Origin: Eutreptiella sp. 'Long Island Sound 2002'
Lineage: Eukaryota > Protista > Euglenida
Assembly (NCBI GenBank): GCA_964036045.1
Contig: OZ038378.1
Location: forward strand, 86,800,001 to 86,864,000
Length of the DNA stretch: 64,000 bases
Reading direction: 5' to 3'
Both the position numbers and the translations under genes were made by a program. This document shows, one piece after another, positions 10,660 to 22,402 of this stretch. Position 1 is the stretch's first letter; every line of letters starts with the position of its first letter. The notes under the pieces were generated by a model, which worked only from the letters and a program-made list of their open reading frames with translations, was not told where the DNA came from and did not search any database.

Positions 10660-12400
10660 TTGGGGGCATTTGGGACCTATTTTTTGTTGTTTCTTTGACA
10701 TATGGTGTAGTTAGAGGCCGGCCAGCAAAGGGCTCTTTGACGTGAGGAAGCCAACTTGATGGCGACATATGGCATGTTTTTATCCTTCTCTTGCCCGCTT
10801 TGAACAAGCTTAGGGTTCTTTGGGGTGAAAAATAGTGTTTTTTGGCCCAAAATTGCACAGACTTTGGAGGGTGGCCCCTAACTTGGTGCCTGTGCCTGAG
10901 GCCGCCGCTGGTGAGGTGGAGGGAGGATGAAACACTCTATTGGGGAAGGGCGCGTGCTTATGCCAAAGATGGCTATAGTGTTATGTGTTGGGAGGGAGGT
11001 GTTGGCAAAACGGAAATGTGAAGTGTTGTTGCTTGTTCCTTGCTTGTTAGCTAGGTTTAAGGGGAGAGGGGTGTGGGGTGCAGTAATATACATTCACTAA
11101 TTTGCACTGTTGTTCGCAACTCAAGATGGCTCCCCTGCAAGGCTCTAGGAGGCCACAAGCATACAACCTTAAAGGACGTTTGAAGGCCTAGGGCTTGGGG
11201 CAGATAGGCCAATGGCTCAAAAGGGGCTCAATTCACTTGTTTGACCTTCCCAAGACGCCTTTTTTTTAAAAAAAATGTGATTTGCCCCATTTTTGACCCA
11301 TTGCCGGTCTCCAAGTGGCCCATTTTCAACAATTGCCCCTTGGGCAGGCCAGCAAACAAAAACAAGCTTAAACTATCCTCGATTCACTTGTTTAAGCAAC
11401 CCAATGGAAAAAGTCAATTTTTTAACCCAAGTGTACCAAGTGGACCGACCCATTTTGGCCCTAACCTTCATACTCAAGCTTGCTACTTGCCGGGCCCAAG
11501 TGACAAGTCAGGTCCCCTCAAGGTCATATTTTGAGCCATGTAGCCCAAGATACAACCCAATGGATTTTTGCTGCTGAGGTGCGCAGATTTTGGGCCATTT
11601 GGGGCCCTTTTTGGGTGTTTCAACATATGGTGTAGTCAGAGGCCACCAAAGGGCTCTTTGACACGAGGCAGCCGATCCAATTCGTGGCATATTGCATGTT
11701 TTGTCCTTCTCTTTCCCGTTTTGCGCAAGTTTTATGGCTCTTCGGGGTGCAAAGTGGTTGTTTTTGTCCCAAAAACTGCGCAAATTTGGAAGAGCACCTC
11801 CCAACTTGGTGCAGTTGCCCCAAGCCGCCACCGGTGAGTTTTAGGATCAAACGCTGGATTAGGGAAGTGTAAGTGTCAATGCAAAAGAAGGCTAGAGTAA
11901 AGTGTTGGGGGGGGGATGTTGGCAAAATGGAAAAGTGAAGTGTTGTTGCTTGTTGCTTGCTGTTCAGCCAAATTTAAGGGGAGAGGGGTGCGGGGTGTAG
12001 TAACACGTATCCTCCAATGTACACCACTCTCCCCAACTAGGGATGGCTCCTTAGCACACCTCGAGGGGGTCACAAGCATACATGCTAGAAATGGCCTCGA
12101 AGGACATTTGGAGGCCTAGGGCCTGGGTTTGATAGGCCATAATGGGTATTTGGAGCTGAATTCTCTTGCTTGAGCACTAAAGTCGCTTGAGATAACTTTT
12201 GCAATTATGCCCCATTTTTGACCCACTGTTGGTCCCAAACTGACCCATCTTCAAGACTAGCACATTTGGCAGGCCATAACGAGCCCAAACAGGCTTCAAC
12301 TACCTTCAAAGCACTTGTTTTGGTATCCCAAGGGGTTTAGAATTATTTTTCGGACCAAATTTTTTTTCTACCCCATGTGAACCAGGTGGACTAGGCTGTC
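10660..12400. repeat. Old tandem duplication with a ~0.93-0.97-kb period
   Basis: ACATATGGTGTAGT...AAAGGGCTCTTTGAC near 10700 and 11625; AGGCCTAGGGC near 11144 and 12112; CCCCATTTTTGACCCA near 11286 and 12209. Confidence 0.85.
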
Positions 12401-14789
12401 CTCATTTGGCTGCAACCAGTTTGGACTCGAGTTTGCTGCTTGCTAGACCCAAGGGAATGCCAGTGCTGGGGGTCTACATTCTGGCAATTTGGAGGGGTGG
12501 AAATCACAAAAATTGGGGACCCATTAGAGCACCATAACACGGCAACTGGGAGTATCTTGTCACCTTTCATCAGTCCTATGGTGTAGAAACCCACATTGAG
12601 GGTAGTTGAAACTATTATTCTGGGCTTTCATCCTAATTTGCGCTATTTTTGGTGCTCTGGTTAGGAACCTGCTAGGAGTGACGTCATACCCCTTTTTTCT
12701 CACAATTTTTTGGGGAGAGATGGCTCGTTCTGGTGCTCTGGTTAGAATCCAAGGATTCACTCCGAATGAGTGAGGGATGGGGCGATACACCCTCCCTTTT
12801 CCCTCCCTGCTTGCCAACCTGTTAAGGCTGTTTTCAGAGCTGAGGGTTATGCCCCTCCTCCCCCATGCTGTGTTGGTGTACATTGGCCTGTTGGCGCACG
12901 TGTGGGTCTGTGGTGTGCATGCGCGAGCCGGTCGGCTCAAGATACATTCGCCCTCCGTACCAGTTCTATGCCGGGGTGTAGTGCATATTCTGTGGTCTCG
13001 TCGATCCCACATTTTCTCCCCTGCGGTACCCATCCTTCGGGATGACTGCTTTGCACAGTACGTGCCGTCTGCGGGGCCCCAGATGTTAGTGTATGGTCCT
13101 GAGTTCTCTCAGGCACCCGCTGGGTCTGCTTAAGCGTGTTGGGTGCTGGGGTAGAGATGCACAGTGTGCGCTAGACTTCGGGGTGCCACGATCTCTTTCG
13201 TTGTCATGGGATCTTCGGGTGCTGGCATTTTTAAAAAATCCACTGCGTGTACTGGCCGGATGGCTCTGTTGTCTGCGGTGCGCTGTGGGGACCGGTGGCT
13301 TGATGGTGTTGCCCCTCTCTCTAGACTGCTCTCCTTCCCCTGCATCCCCCCTGACCCGGGACTGCTTCCCGTTGGCTTTGAAGCAGCCTTTGCTGCTCTC
13401 TGCACTATACACTGCCTGCCAGCATGCCTGTCTGCCCATCTTCCTTCCGTCTGCCCTTGCCACAGGTCCGCAGCATCATCGGGGATGACAGTCGATTCTT
13501 GGCAGTGTCTTATGAAGAGGAAAGGGAGAAGCTGTTTGCACAATGGCGAGAAAAGCTGCCGGTCTGCTCTGCTGCCTCAACAACAATGTGCAGTTGTCCT
13601 TTTCACGTTTGGTGGCCTGTGTCTCCTCCCCTGAGACCATGCAGAGCTGCTTCTTTCCCTGCCACATGCACCGCAAGGCCGCTCTTGTCTGTTTCCTTCG
13701 TGTGGCAGTAGTTTGATTAGTTAGACAGCTGTACAGCATTGTGCTTGCGGAAATGGGGCCCTCCCCTGCCATGCTCTCCATGCTCTCCATGCACCTCCTA
13801 TTCACATACACTCTGTGCAACGCGGATCCTCATTGCATCCAACCCCAGGCAGCCCCTTTCCTGGAATCACACACAGCCCTTTTCGCTGCACATCCACATC
13901 CCATGCAGCTTGTTCAGCACACCCCCTGCAGCCATCCCCAGCCCGTGTCATTACAGGCTCCTTGCAGACCCTATCCTCACATCCTCTTGCAGCCCTCATC
14001 TACGCACCTATTGTTGCACGCCCTGTGCTGTGCCACACCCCACATATCCTGTGCCTGGACACAGCTCGTTGAGGAAGTGGAGGCTGTCAGCAGCGAGGAT
14101 GATGATCCCACGCCTCAATTGGTGGACGTGGACGGTATGAAGGCCCAGCGCCGCATGCGCATGGCCACCAAAGGCAAGACCCGTGCCCGCATGTCAGTGG
14201 ACCCAAAACTGAAGGAGGTGGACGAAGATGACGAAAAACTTCCGGACATGCCTGTTGTAAGGGAGCGACCCCTGCTGCCTTCGGATCAGGTCTCGCCACA
14301 CATAGGATTGTGGTTTGTCAGGATGGTTGTGGAGGGTTGTTGAGGGTTGCTGAGATTTGGAGACATTTCCACAGGATCTGTAATTTTTTGCAGCAACAAC
14401 TGAGCAACTAGCGTTGGAGACCAAAATAATTGTCATACATCACACCACTGGCTTGCAGTCTCTGCAAGCTGGCACACTTGATGGAAAACAACCACAGATG
14501 TTTTTTTTATTTTGACCATTTTCATGCACTTGCAAACGGTCATGACTGTACTGGTGTCGGTTCCTGTTGAGACACTGGGCGCCCTAAATGCTTACAAAAC
14601 CATCAGCAATTGTGTGGGGCAGCCTTTAATTGAAAGTGCAAACAGAAAACGCAGACCGGCTGTGCACCTGGAGAGTGGTGTCAGGTCACATGTACATCTA
14701 ACCCCAATTGGAGTCTCTAAAGTGTGAGCAGCTGTGGCTGATATTTACAAGTCTAGATGAGCGGTGCGCCTTCTGGGTGCAGACCTTTG

Positions 14790-15790
14790 CTTAAGGGTAG
14801 TCCTACCCCACAGGGGGGGGGGGGGGCTGTGGCCTGTGGGTGGGTAGGTTAGTTTGGTTTGGGGCAATTTGGCCCAAACTGCCTACCCCCCCCCCCCCTG
14901 GGGGGGGTAGGGTCTGGGTGGGTGGGTGGGTGGGTACTGAGAGAATGGTCCGACAGCCTTTGTTTGTGCAGGAGAATACAATTTTCACTGAGAGAACAGT
15001 GGTAAAAAGTGGCAAAATTTTCCGGTTTGCAGCCAGCGGGGTTTGAACCGCCGCTGCGCTAGGTTGACAGTAAAGCGATCTACCACTAGGGTATCTGCCG
15101 CATCTGCTATACAACCGTTCAACGATGGCATAGTGACTGAATGACACAATTTTTTTTGGGTAAATACACAGGGTTTTTGTGTTACCAGCTGATTCTTACA
15201 GCATAGGAACCCCCCCCCCCCCTAGGGGTGGGTGGGTGGGTGGGTCAGCTTGGGTGGGTGGGTGGGCTGCCTGGTCCTGAGGCAGCCCCACAGGGACCCC
15301 CCGCCCCCCCCGGTTGCTAAGCAAAGGTCTGTCTGGGTGCGATCACGGGGGGCTGCCGGGCCCAGTCCTTGTATGCGAACCCCCCAGGCCCCCCCCCCCT
15401 GAGTTTTGAAAGATAGCGGTGCGGGGGCCATTGTGCCAAGGGCGCCAAATTTTTTGTCCCATGCTTAGTTGAAGGGGGTACTATGCCTTTGGTCGTTAAG
15501 ACCCTTCAGACTTTCTTCCTGGCAAAGACGAGAAATCGCTATTATCGCATACATACCTCTATACCCCCATGCCCCCAAACACACACACCCCCTTGAGGTA
15601 TGCATGTGGTAGTAGTGGGTCGCGTGCAGCCCCCCCCCCCCCCTCTTGGGACCCCCCCGCCGAGCTGCCAATACCCCTCCCCCACCGTTTCACCAAGGCC
15701 CCCCCCCACAGCCCCCCTCTCCCCCGTGCCCCCAGTTGGCCCAAATTTCTTTTTTGGTTGTTTTTTTTGGTTGCAGCCGGCTGATTTCTA
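14790..15790. repeat. Cluster of G/C-run-rich dispersed repeats (probable non-autonomous elements)
   Basis: Multiple long G and C homopolymers and (GGGT)n tracts, non-coding; boundaries not resolved. Confidence 0.5.
15028..15107 (-). ncRNA. tRNA-like Pol III A/B-box unit (SINE-head-like, not a canonical tRNA)
   Basis: Minus strand reads TACCCTAGTGGTAGA...CGGCGGTTCAAACCCCGCTGGCTGCA and shares CGGCGGTTCAAACCCC with the MITE-borne units. Confidence 0.45.
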
Positions 15791-16388
15791 TTGGTTACAG
15801 TGTAACTTTTGCACAGCGACAGATCGTGCCATGGACAGATCGCAGTGCTTTCCTGATCCCGCGTGCAAAGCTTGCCAGAAATGGGCAGCGTGTGCACGCA
15901 GTGCGATATTGTTTTTCCACTTCTCAGCGCATCGATCTTGTGATGGTTAAAACAGCGTGGCGTAGCTTGATTGCTAAATCACTGTCACAAAAACGCTTGT
16001 TTGGTGCCGTTTGGTGGTTTTAATGTTTTAGCCCAATGTCGCTCAGCCTTGTGGCATAGACTTAAGATTATTGCGAGTGTGATGCCCCGTGATTCAGGTC
16101 CGTGAGTATTACATTCAGTGATTTGCACTTGCTGAGTTTGTTCTTCTCTTGGACCATATCGCATTTAGGGAACTAATGAGGTTCTTTGGACTGAAACGCG
16201 TCTTTAGCCGCTTTCTTTATTGTGCTCCGTTGTTGATCCCGTTGTGACAAGGTTGTACTTGCAGTTTTTGGACTTTGAGAAGGCTTTTCACTCGGGTACC
16301 GCGTTTGCTTCAAGAAGGATTGTGCTAGCACCAAGAACCAAAAAAGAGAATTGATTATTTGCAATGATGGCAAATCAACCGGAGGCAC

Positions 16389-17042
16389 ATGACTCATCTA
16401 CGACCAATTTCGAAGGAATTCTTGGGGAAACCGGGGACTATACCAAGACATCTTTGGACATTTGTGGAGCCTTGGGTTTTGGCACGACAACGTTTCGAAG
16501 AAAAGAGTGTGGTGATCGAAAAATTGGAGCGGAAGCGAGACAATTTGTTTGTCCCCGTTGCAAAGGTTTTGCATGATGGAAGTGGCAAACCTATGAAGAA
16601 AGTCATCCGTGAAGATCTACAAAGACAACTTTGGGATGAGGAATACACGCTACGAATCCCGTCCGCTCGGGAACAATGTAACACACAATTGGGCTCTGGT
16701 ACCAATTTGCATGCTACCATGTTGACAAATTTTGTTGAACACTTCAAGTATATAAATGAGGCCAACATCTTGGATTGTTGTGCGGCGAGTTTATTGCCGG
16801 GACAAGTGAATCGCACAATGGAGAGCACGGCGTATCAAGATGTCCTTACACGCATGTGCCAAGGAGCCCATCCCAAAGGCTTCGATGCGGCGCTTGCGAA
16901 AAAGGCAAATGTGATACACCTTGCATGGAGCACGCTTGAAGGACTACTTAGCAATTATGGCGTAGCGATGTTTCACAATTGGAACATTCATCAACAGTCA
17001 AAGCAAGTGGCAAGTGACAAAAGGGGACAACCTTTGCTATGA
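16389..17042 (+). CDS. Gag-like ORF of the YR retrotransposon (assigned by position)
   Basis: 217-aa ORF upstream of the YR and RT remnants; no diagnostic motif seen. Confidence 0.4.
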   Translation: MTHLRPISKEFLGKPGTIPRHLWTFVEPWVLARQRFEEKSVVIEKLERKRDNLFVPVAKVLHDGSGKPMKKVIREDLQRQLWDEEYTLRIPSAREQCNTQLGSGTNLHATMLTNFVEHFKYINEANILDCCAASLLPGQVNRTMESTAYQDVLTRMCQGAHPKGFDAALAKKANVIHLAWSTLEGLLSNYGVAMFHNWNIHQQSKQVASDKRGQPLL

Positions 17043-17329
17043 CATCGCAAGCCCCCCCCCTTGCCAGCTGCAATCAGTGTGGGATTGCCCGGACTTGTGA
17101 TCTTCAGAGGAGGTGGGCCCACGGCACCAAAAATTGGCCGTTGAAAGTGGAAGGGGAGGAGAACAATGTCAACCCCAGGAAGCGACAGGCTCACAAGCAA
17201 AACGGTCTGAAATCGATGAGGACCACCTTGGAATGCCCCGAAGCTGGCCGGGTTTCCGGGAAAGCATACTTTGGAATCCAAGGGATCATCCAGAGAAGAG
17301 AAAAGGGCATCGAGAAATATCCATCGGAC

Positions 17330-17518
17330 ACAAAGGCATGGATGTGGGAGCTCAGTACCCTACGCACGTACCGATCTGGCCTCCGAAAACTATACCAGGT
17401 ACAATGGGCAAGGCCCCATTGGACGATGACACAAGCTCTGGATGCCCAAATCACAACAGAGCTACACAATGGGTCATCACCGAGTGTCGTGCAAGCTCCT
17501 GCAACATTCCACATATAA
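17330..17518 (+). pseudogene. Tyrosine recombinase N-terminal (SAM-like) remnant
   Basis: KAWMWELSTLRTYRSGLRK...NGSSPSVVQA parallels QCWSKGTMGTYCTHYKK...RGHSHSYLQVAVSAL at 35.5 kb, which leads into a clear LRVGE box. Confidence 0.5.
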
Positions 17519-18256
17519 AACACTATGATGGCATGGATGGAGACGGGTATGTGCAGCAACACTGGCAGTAGCAGGGTCATCCACACCAAAGATCAAACGA
17601 TGGTGCCGATGGAGAAGTACATCAACGGCCTAAAAGTACATGGAATGCCAACAGGCAGAGAGAGTCTCCAAAAACCCATGGGCCTCACTCCCACCAAACC
17701 CCACAAAGAAGGTACTGGTGTCCAAGACAGCGAGACGAGAAGTGCGAGAGCTATGGCCTGTGACCACAATCATCAACACATGTGAGGACCCACAGATGTC
17801 CAGTTGCGAAGAGTCCTCAAGTGGACAGGAAGATTCAACATCAGAGTCCGATTCGACCACGAGAAGCAGGGTCAAGAGGACCCAGGCCCGGAGAAAGCGA
17901 CAGAGGACATAGGCATGACCAAGTATGCATGGGGGGGGGGGGGCAAGCAATGCCTATCCCCAGAATGGGTGAAGAAGAGGAGAGACGACCACGCTGGGCC
18001 CAATCCCAGTTCCTCGGACAACCGGCCTGGCAGAAATCACGGAGTCCGGCCCCAAACCTACACGTGCGGAGGTCAGAGGCGTACAGAGCAATCCTAAAGG
18101 CTACTGCTCATGGCAAGGGACATATGCGGTTCGTACCACACCAAGACTGCGGCAATGGACTCCATTGTGGAGGCGGTTTCGAAACTGGACATTGTTGACT
18201 GAGAAAATTTTGATGCTGACTATGACGGCTACGATGGGCCTGCCAGATGCGGACCG

Positions 18257-19755
18257 GTGGACACAGAGACTGCACCCAAGGGACTTGGAAAGAAAGGATC
18301 GTGCCCGATTCCGGAGTTGATCTCAAGGAGATATGTCCCCATCGGCCTGGTGGATGACATTGAAAATTCAGAAACAAAGATATCCATGATCCAACCCCGA
18401 CCTCTCTCCGACATGGGCGCAGTCTTGTGCAACACACTGGTTCAAGAAGGATTCCTCGAAAGAGAGTGCCTGCTAGTATACCCAAATTGCTCGGCCTTCC
18501 CTAAGCCAAAGACTAAGGAAAAGTGCTCCTTCATCTTGGACATGCGGAACCTAATTTAACAACAATCCTCCAGACCACCCCCGTACAGCATGCCCTCAAT
18601 CTCTGATGTCTTTGAAAAAGCAGTCACACTGGGGGAAGGGGGGAGGGTCTACGCAACTACCATTGATGTCTCTCACTTCTACTGGTCCCTTGTGATGCCC
18701 AAAAAAATTTGGAACAAATTCAGACTGCCAGGCTGTTACTACAAGTCCCTGCCTTTTGGCCGGGACTATGCACCAGTGATTGCACACGAAACACTACGCC
18801 TATTAGTTTTTTCATTACCTAAACGACATTATATTGTTGTCTGTGAACCCTGCACTACTTTGCGTCCTTACGCAGTCACTGTGTAAGTTCTTGGAGGCCA
18901 AAGGTCCGGTTATTTCCCAAAAATCCTGCACGGAACCCAGTCAGACAGTCTATTCGATAGGGACGAAGTTTGATTTGATACACATGTGTGCTGAAAACCT
19001 TCCCTCCACCACCCTAAAGAGTGTTGCTGCAACAATTAGACCATTGGTACAACCACTCTCCCCGAAACGCATCGAGAGGATTACGGGTCGTCTACAGTGG
19101 TTCTTTGGCCCTCGACAGGGGGCCACTTCTTTCCTTCATGGGTGGCATAGAACCCAGTGGAAAAATATGAGACACGCACAGGCCATCAACCAAACTGGTT
19201 CACAGCATGTTTGACGCTATTGCCATTGGTGCGGTACCCTACACTGCCCCCCCCCCCCCCCCAGCGCACTGCCGCCGTGCTTTCACCTTTCAGTGCGGTG
19301 GACGCAGCTGAAACCTCAGGAGGGTACAAGATTGGCCTGTCCACCCGAAAAGGCACAGCACTCACGGTCGTCAAGAAACTGGATAACCAACAGCGGGGGA
19401 CGCTTGTTGGAGTGAATGAGCAGCCCACTTTGCTTCAGATCAACGAATACACAGTGTAAACTTGTTGATGGATAATATGGCGGCAATCTTTTCGTCCAGG
19501 GAGCTAAAAGCCAACCCTAAGGCGCCAGCACACACCAAAATTGTTCGCAACATGTTCAACCACCTTTGGTGGACTGGCACGATGCTACACGTGTTCTGGG
19601 GACCGACTAGGGTCATGCCTGCAGACCCTGTCTCTCTCACACACAAAGTGTCCGGGGATCTCATGGGGAAAGCAATGGTTGAAGCCCGGAGCAGGTGGAA
19701 TTCCATCATGAACAACCGTCAACTCATTCACCTCATGGGGTCTGTCACAGTATAG
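18257..19755 (+). pseudogene. DIRS-type reverse transcriptase plus RNase H, broken by stops and frameshifts
   Basis: FPKPK..KCSFILDMRNL, ATTIDVSHFYW, KSLPFG..AP, frameshifted HYLND (YLDD-like), ISQKSCTEPSQTVYSIG, then DAA...DNMAAI...WGPTRVMPADPVS. Confidence 0.88.
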
Positions 19756-20244
19756 ACCCCCCTCCCCCACCTGCAGCACCGAATTGCAAGAATGGATCGA
19801 CAGAGACCCGGATGTGCCCCTGGCAGGGGGGTGGCGCGGTGGGTGAATGACGAAGCAAGCATTCCCTTTTGGCTTGTGTCCTGTTTTTGTGCATTCTCTA
19901 CTGGTTTAAAGAAGGAGGGAGCGCAGGGGGAAATACCAGCAATCCCGTAGGGAATGCAAGGATTTCCCCCCATGCACTCATAAGCCTGGCTCATTACTCT
20001 ATTCTCTGATTTTCACAATCTTTTCGGATTCGGGGATTGAGGGCATCCCGCCGTGCCCCCCCCCCCCCCGCGACACTCAGATCGCACAGGTTGGATTCTA
20101 TCACCGACAGTACGGGAACTGCAACCCAGCCACCTAGGCCGCTGCGCGGTGGGTGAATGACGAAGCAAGCATCCCGTTTTGGCCTGTGTCCTGTTTTTGT
20201 GCATTCTCTGCGGGTTTGAAGAAGGAGGGAACGCAGGGGGAAAT

Positions 20245-22402
20245 CAATCTCGGTGGTCTAGTTTGGTGGGATGAAGGTACCCACTTGCCCTTATACTCCA
20301 CAACTCCGCCGACTTGGGAAATGCAGCTCCCAGCCGTTCAAATTCACCGCTATTTGAACCCTCTCATGTCAACCTATTTTCCGAGCTGAAGTTCCTTACT
20401 ACCTATGTGGTGCACATGTCCTAGCTGCCCTCCAACGCCTTCGTTGGGAGCAATGTACCAATTCACAGCAAGAGTACCCAACTATTGATAGTTGTGCATT
20501 CTTTTGGTGCAAGGTCTGAACAAGAAGCTCAACATCGCTCAACACTGATTCATGGCGCTGGCATTGCACAAGCTGCAGATATGCTATGATCATGTAATAC
20601 ACCCCATCGGTACAAGCGACGGCGTGCAACAAGCGCTTGTGCTGAGAGGGACCCCCCTCCCCCTTTTGTGGTTGCTGCAGGTGAGCCTCATGATGGGGAT
20701 AGTGACACCGATGACCCCACCCCCCCTTTTGATGCTTATTTTTGTGGGTGCTGACCCCCTCGTGAAGCACCGTCCGTCCACAGTTAAGTCTCGGAATGCC
20801 CTATTGCTATATTATCGGAGCTTGGTGATCTTGACCCTCTTTTTTTGCAACATGCACCAGACGGTGATGCTACCTGGCCCATCATGGTTCAATCATCTAC
20901 CGCTTAGTGCAGAGACCAAAATCCGAAGCATCTCATTTGATGCTTTCCTACTCATTTCCTTTTTTGAGTGTGTGGTGCGAACGTTTGTTAGCCAATGTGC
21001 TCGCTTGTACATTTAAATGGGGAACCGTCAGAAGCGGTTGACAAGCAAACTTCACCAAAGCACAGAGATCGAGGATACAGTCCAAGCAGCAATTGGAGAG
21101 GTGATCGTCGGGGCACAAGGCTGTCGAGACCTTCATGACAACATGCGTCACAAAGGAACTATCCAAGGTGCACATTGTGACGATAACGTTTCATACAGAC
21201 ATGTCGAGGGGCCATACAGGAGAGAAGAATGAGGATTTAGTATTGCAGCGACTGGTTTGCCTGAGAACAAATCCTCCGTGCCGACCAATCTGGAGTGGTC
21301 TAATTTGGTGCGATGAAGGTACCCACTTGCCCTTATACTCCACAACTCCGTCTATTTTGGAGCTGCAGGTCCCAGCCGTTCAAATTCACCGCTATTTGAA
21401 CCCACTCATGTTGACCTATTTTTTGAGCTGAAGTTCCTTACTACCTATGTGGTGCACATGTCCTTGCTGCCGTCCAACGCCTTCGTTGGGAGCAATGTAC
21501 CAATTCACAGCAAGAGTACCCAACTATTGATAGTTGTGCATTTTATTGCTGCAAGGTTTGAACAAGAAGCTCAACAATGCCCAACACTTATTAGTGGCAA
21601 TGGCATTGCACAAGCTCCAGATTTGCTATGATCATGCAATACACCCCATCGGTACGAGCGACGCCGTGCAAGAAGCGCTTGTGCTGCGAGGGACCCCCCT
21701 CCCCCCTTTGCGGTTGCCGCACGGTAGCCTCATGATGGAGATAGTGACACCGATGACCGCACCCCCCTTTTTGATGCTGATTTTTGTGAGTGATGATTGT
21801 CACGACGATGAACCCCTCTCCTGAAGCACCGTGCGTCCACAGTTAAGTCTCGGAATGCCCTATTGCTATATTATCGGAGCTGGGTGATCTTGAGCCCCTT
21901 TTTTTGCCCCGGGCCATCATGGTTCAATCATCTACCGCTTAGAGCAGAGACCAAAATCCGAAGTATCTCATTTGATGCTTTAAGGCTCATTCTCTTTTTT
22001 GAGTGTGTGGTGGGAACGTTTGTCAGCCAATGTTCTCGCTTGTACATTTAAATGGGGAACTGTCAGAAGCGGTTGACAAGCAGACTTCACCACAAGCCGT
22101 CCACAAAGCACAGAGATCTAGGCTACAGTCCAAGCAGCAATTGGAGAGGTGACCGTCGGGGCACAAGGCTGTTGAGACCTTCATGACAACATGGGTCAAG
22201 AAGGAACTATCCAAGGTGCACATTGTGAAGATAAAGTTTGATAGAGAAATGTCCAGGAGCCGCACAAGAGAGAGGAATGAGGATGCAATATTGCAGCGAC
22301 TAGTTTGCCTGAGAACAAATTCTCCGTGTTGACCAATCTCGAGTGATCTAATTTCGTGCCATGAAGGTACCCACTTGCCGTTTTACTCCACAACTCCGTA
22401 TC
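20245..22402. repeat. Tandem ~1.04-kb repeat (two full units plus the start of a third), followed by an inverted partial copy at ~22425-22580
   Basis: CAATCT...GATGAAGGTACCCACTTGCC anchors at 20245, 21286 and 22334; 22425-22580 is the reverse complement of ~21357-21510. Confidence 0.92.

Larger units (their letters stand above)
16300..20244 (+). mobile_element. Degenerate tyrosine-recombinase retrotransposon (DIRS order; Gag-YR-RT-RNaseH, VIPER/TATE/Ngaro-like)
   Basis: Gag-like ORF 16389-17042, YR N-terminal remnant, RT and RNase H motifs, and 101-bp direct repeats at 19834-19934 and 20144-20244. The right end abuts the 1.04-kb repeat exactly; the left end is not defined. Confidence 0.8.

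Noticed and set aside
13741-14343. Host gene exon (acidic/basic stretch 14066-14289) and a similar fragment at 31459-31995
   Set aside because: Plausible splice sites but no recognisable domain or connected gene model.
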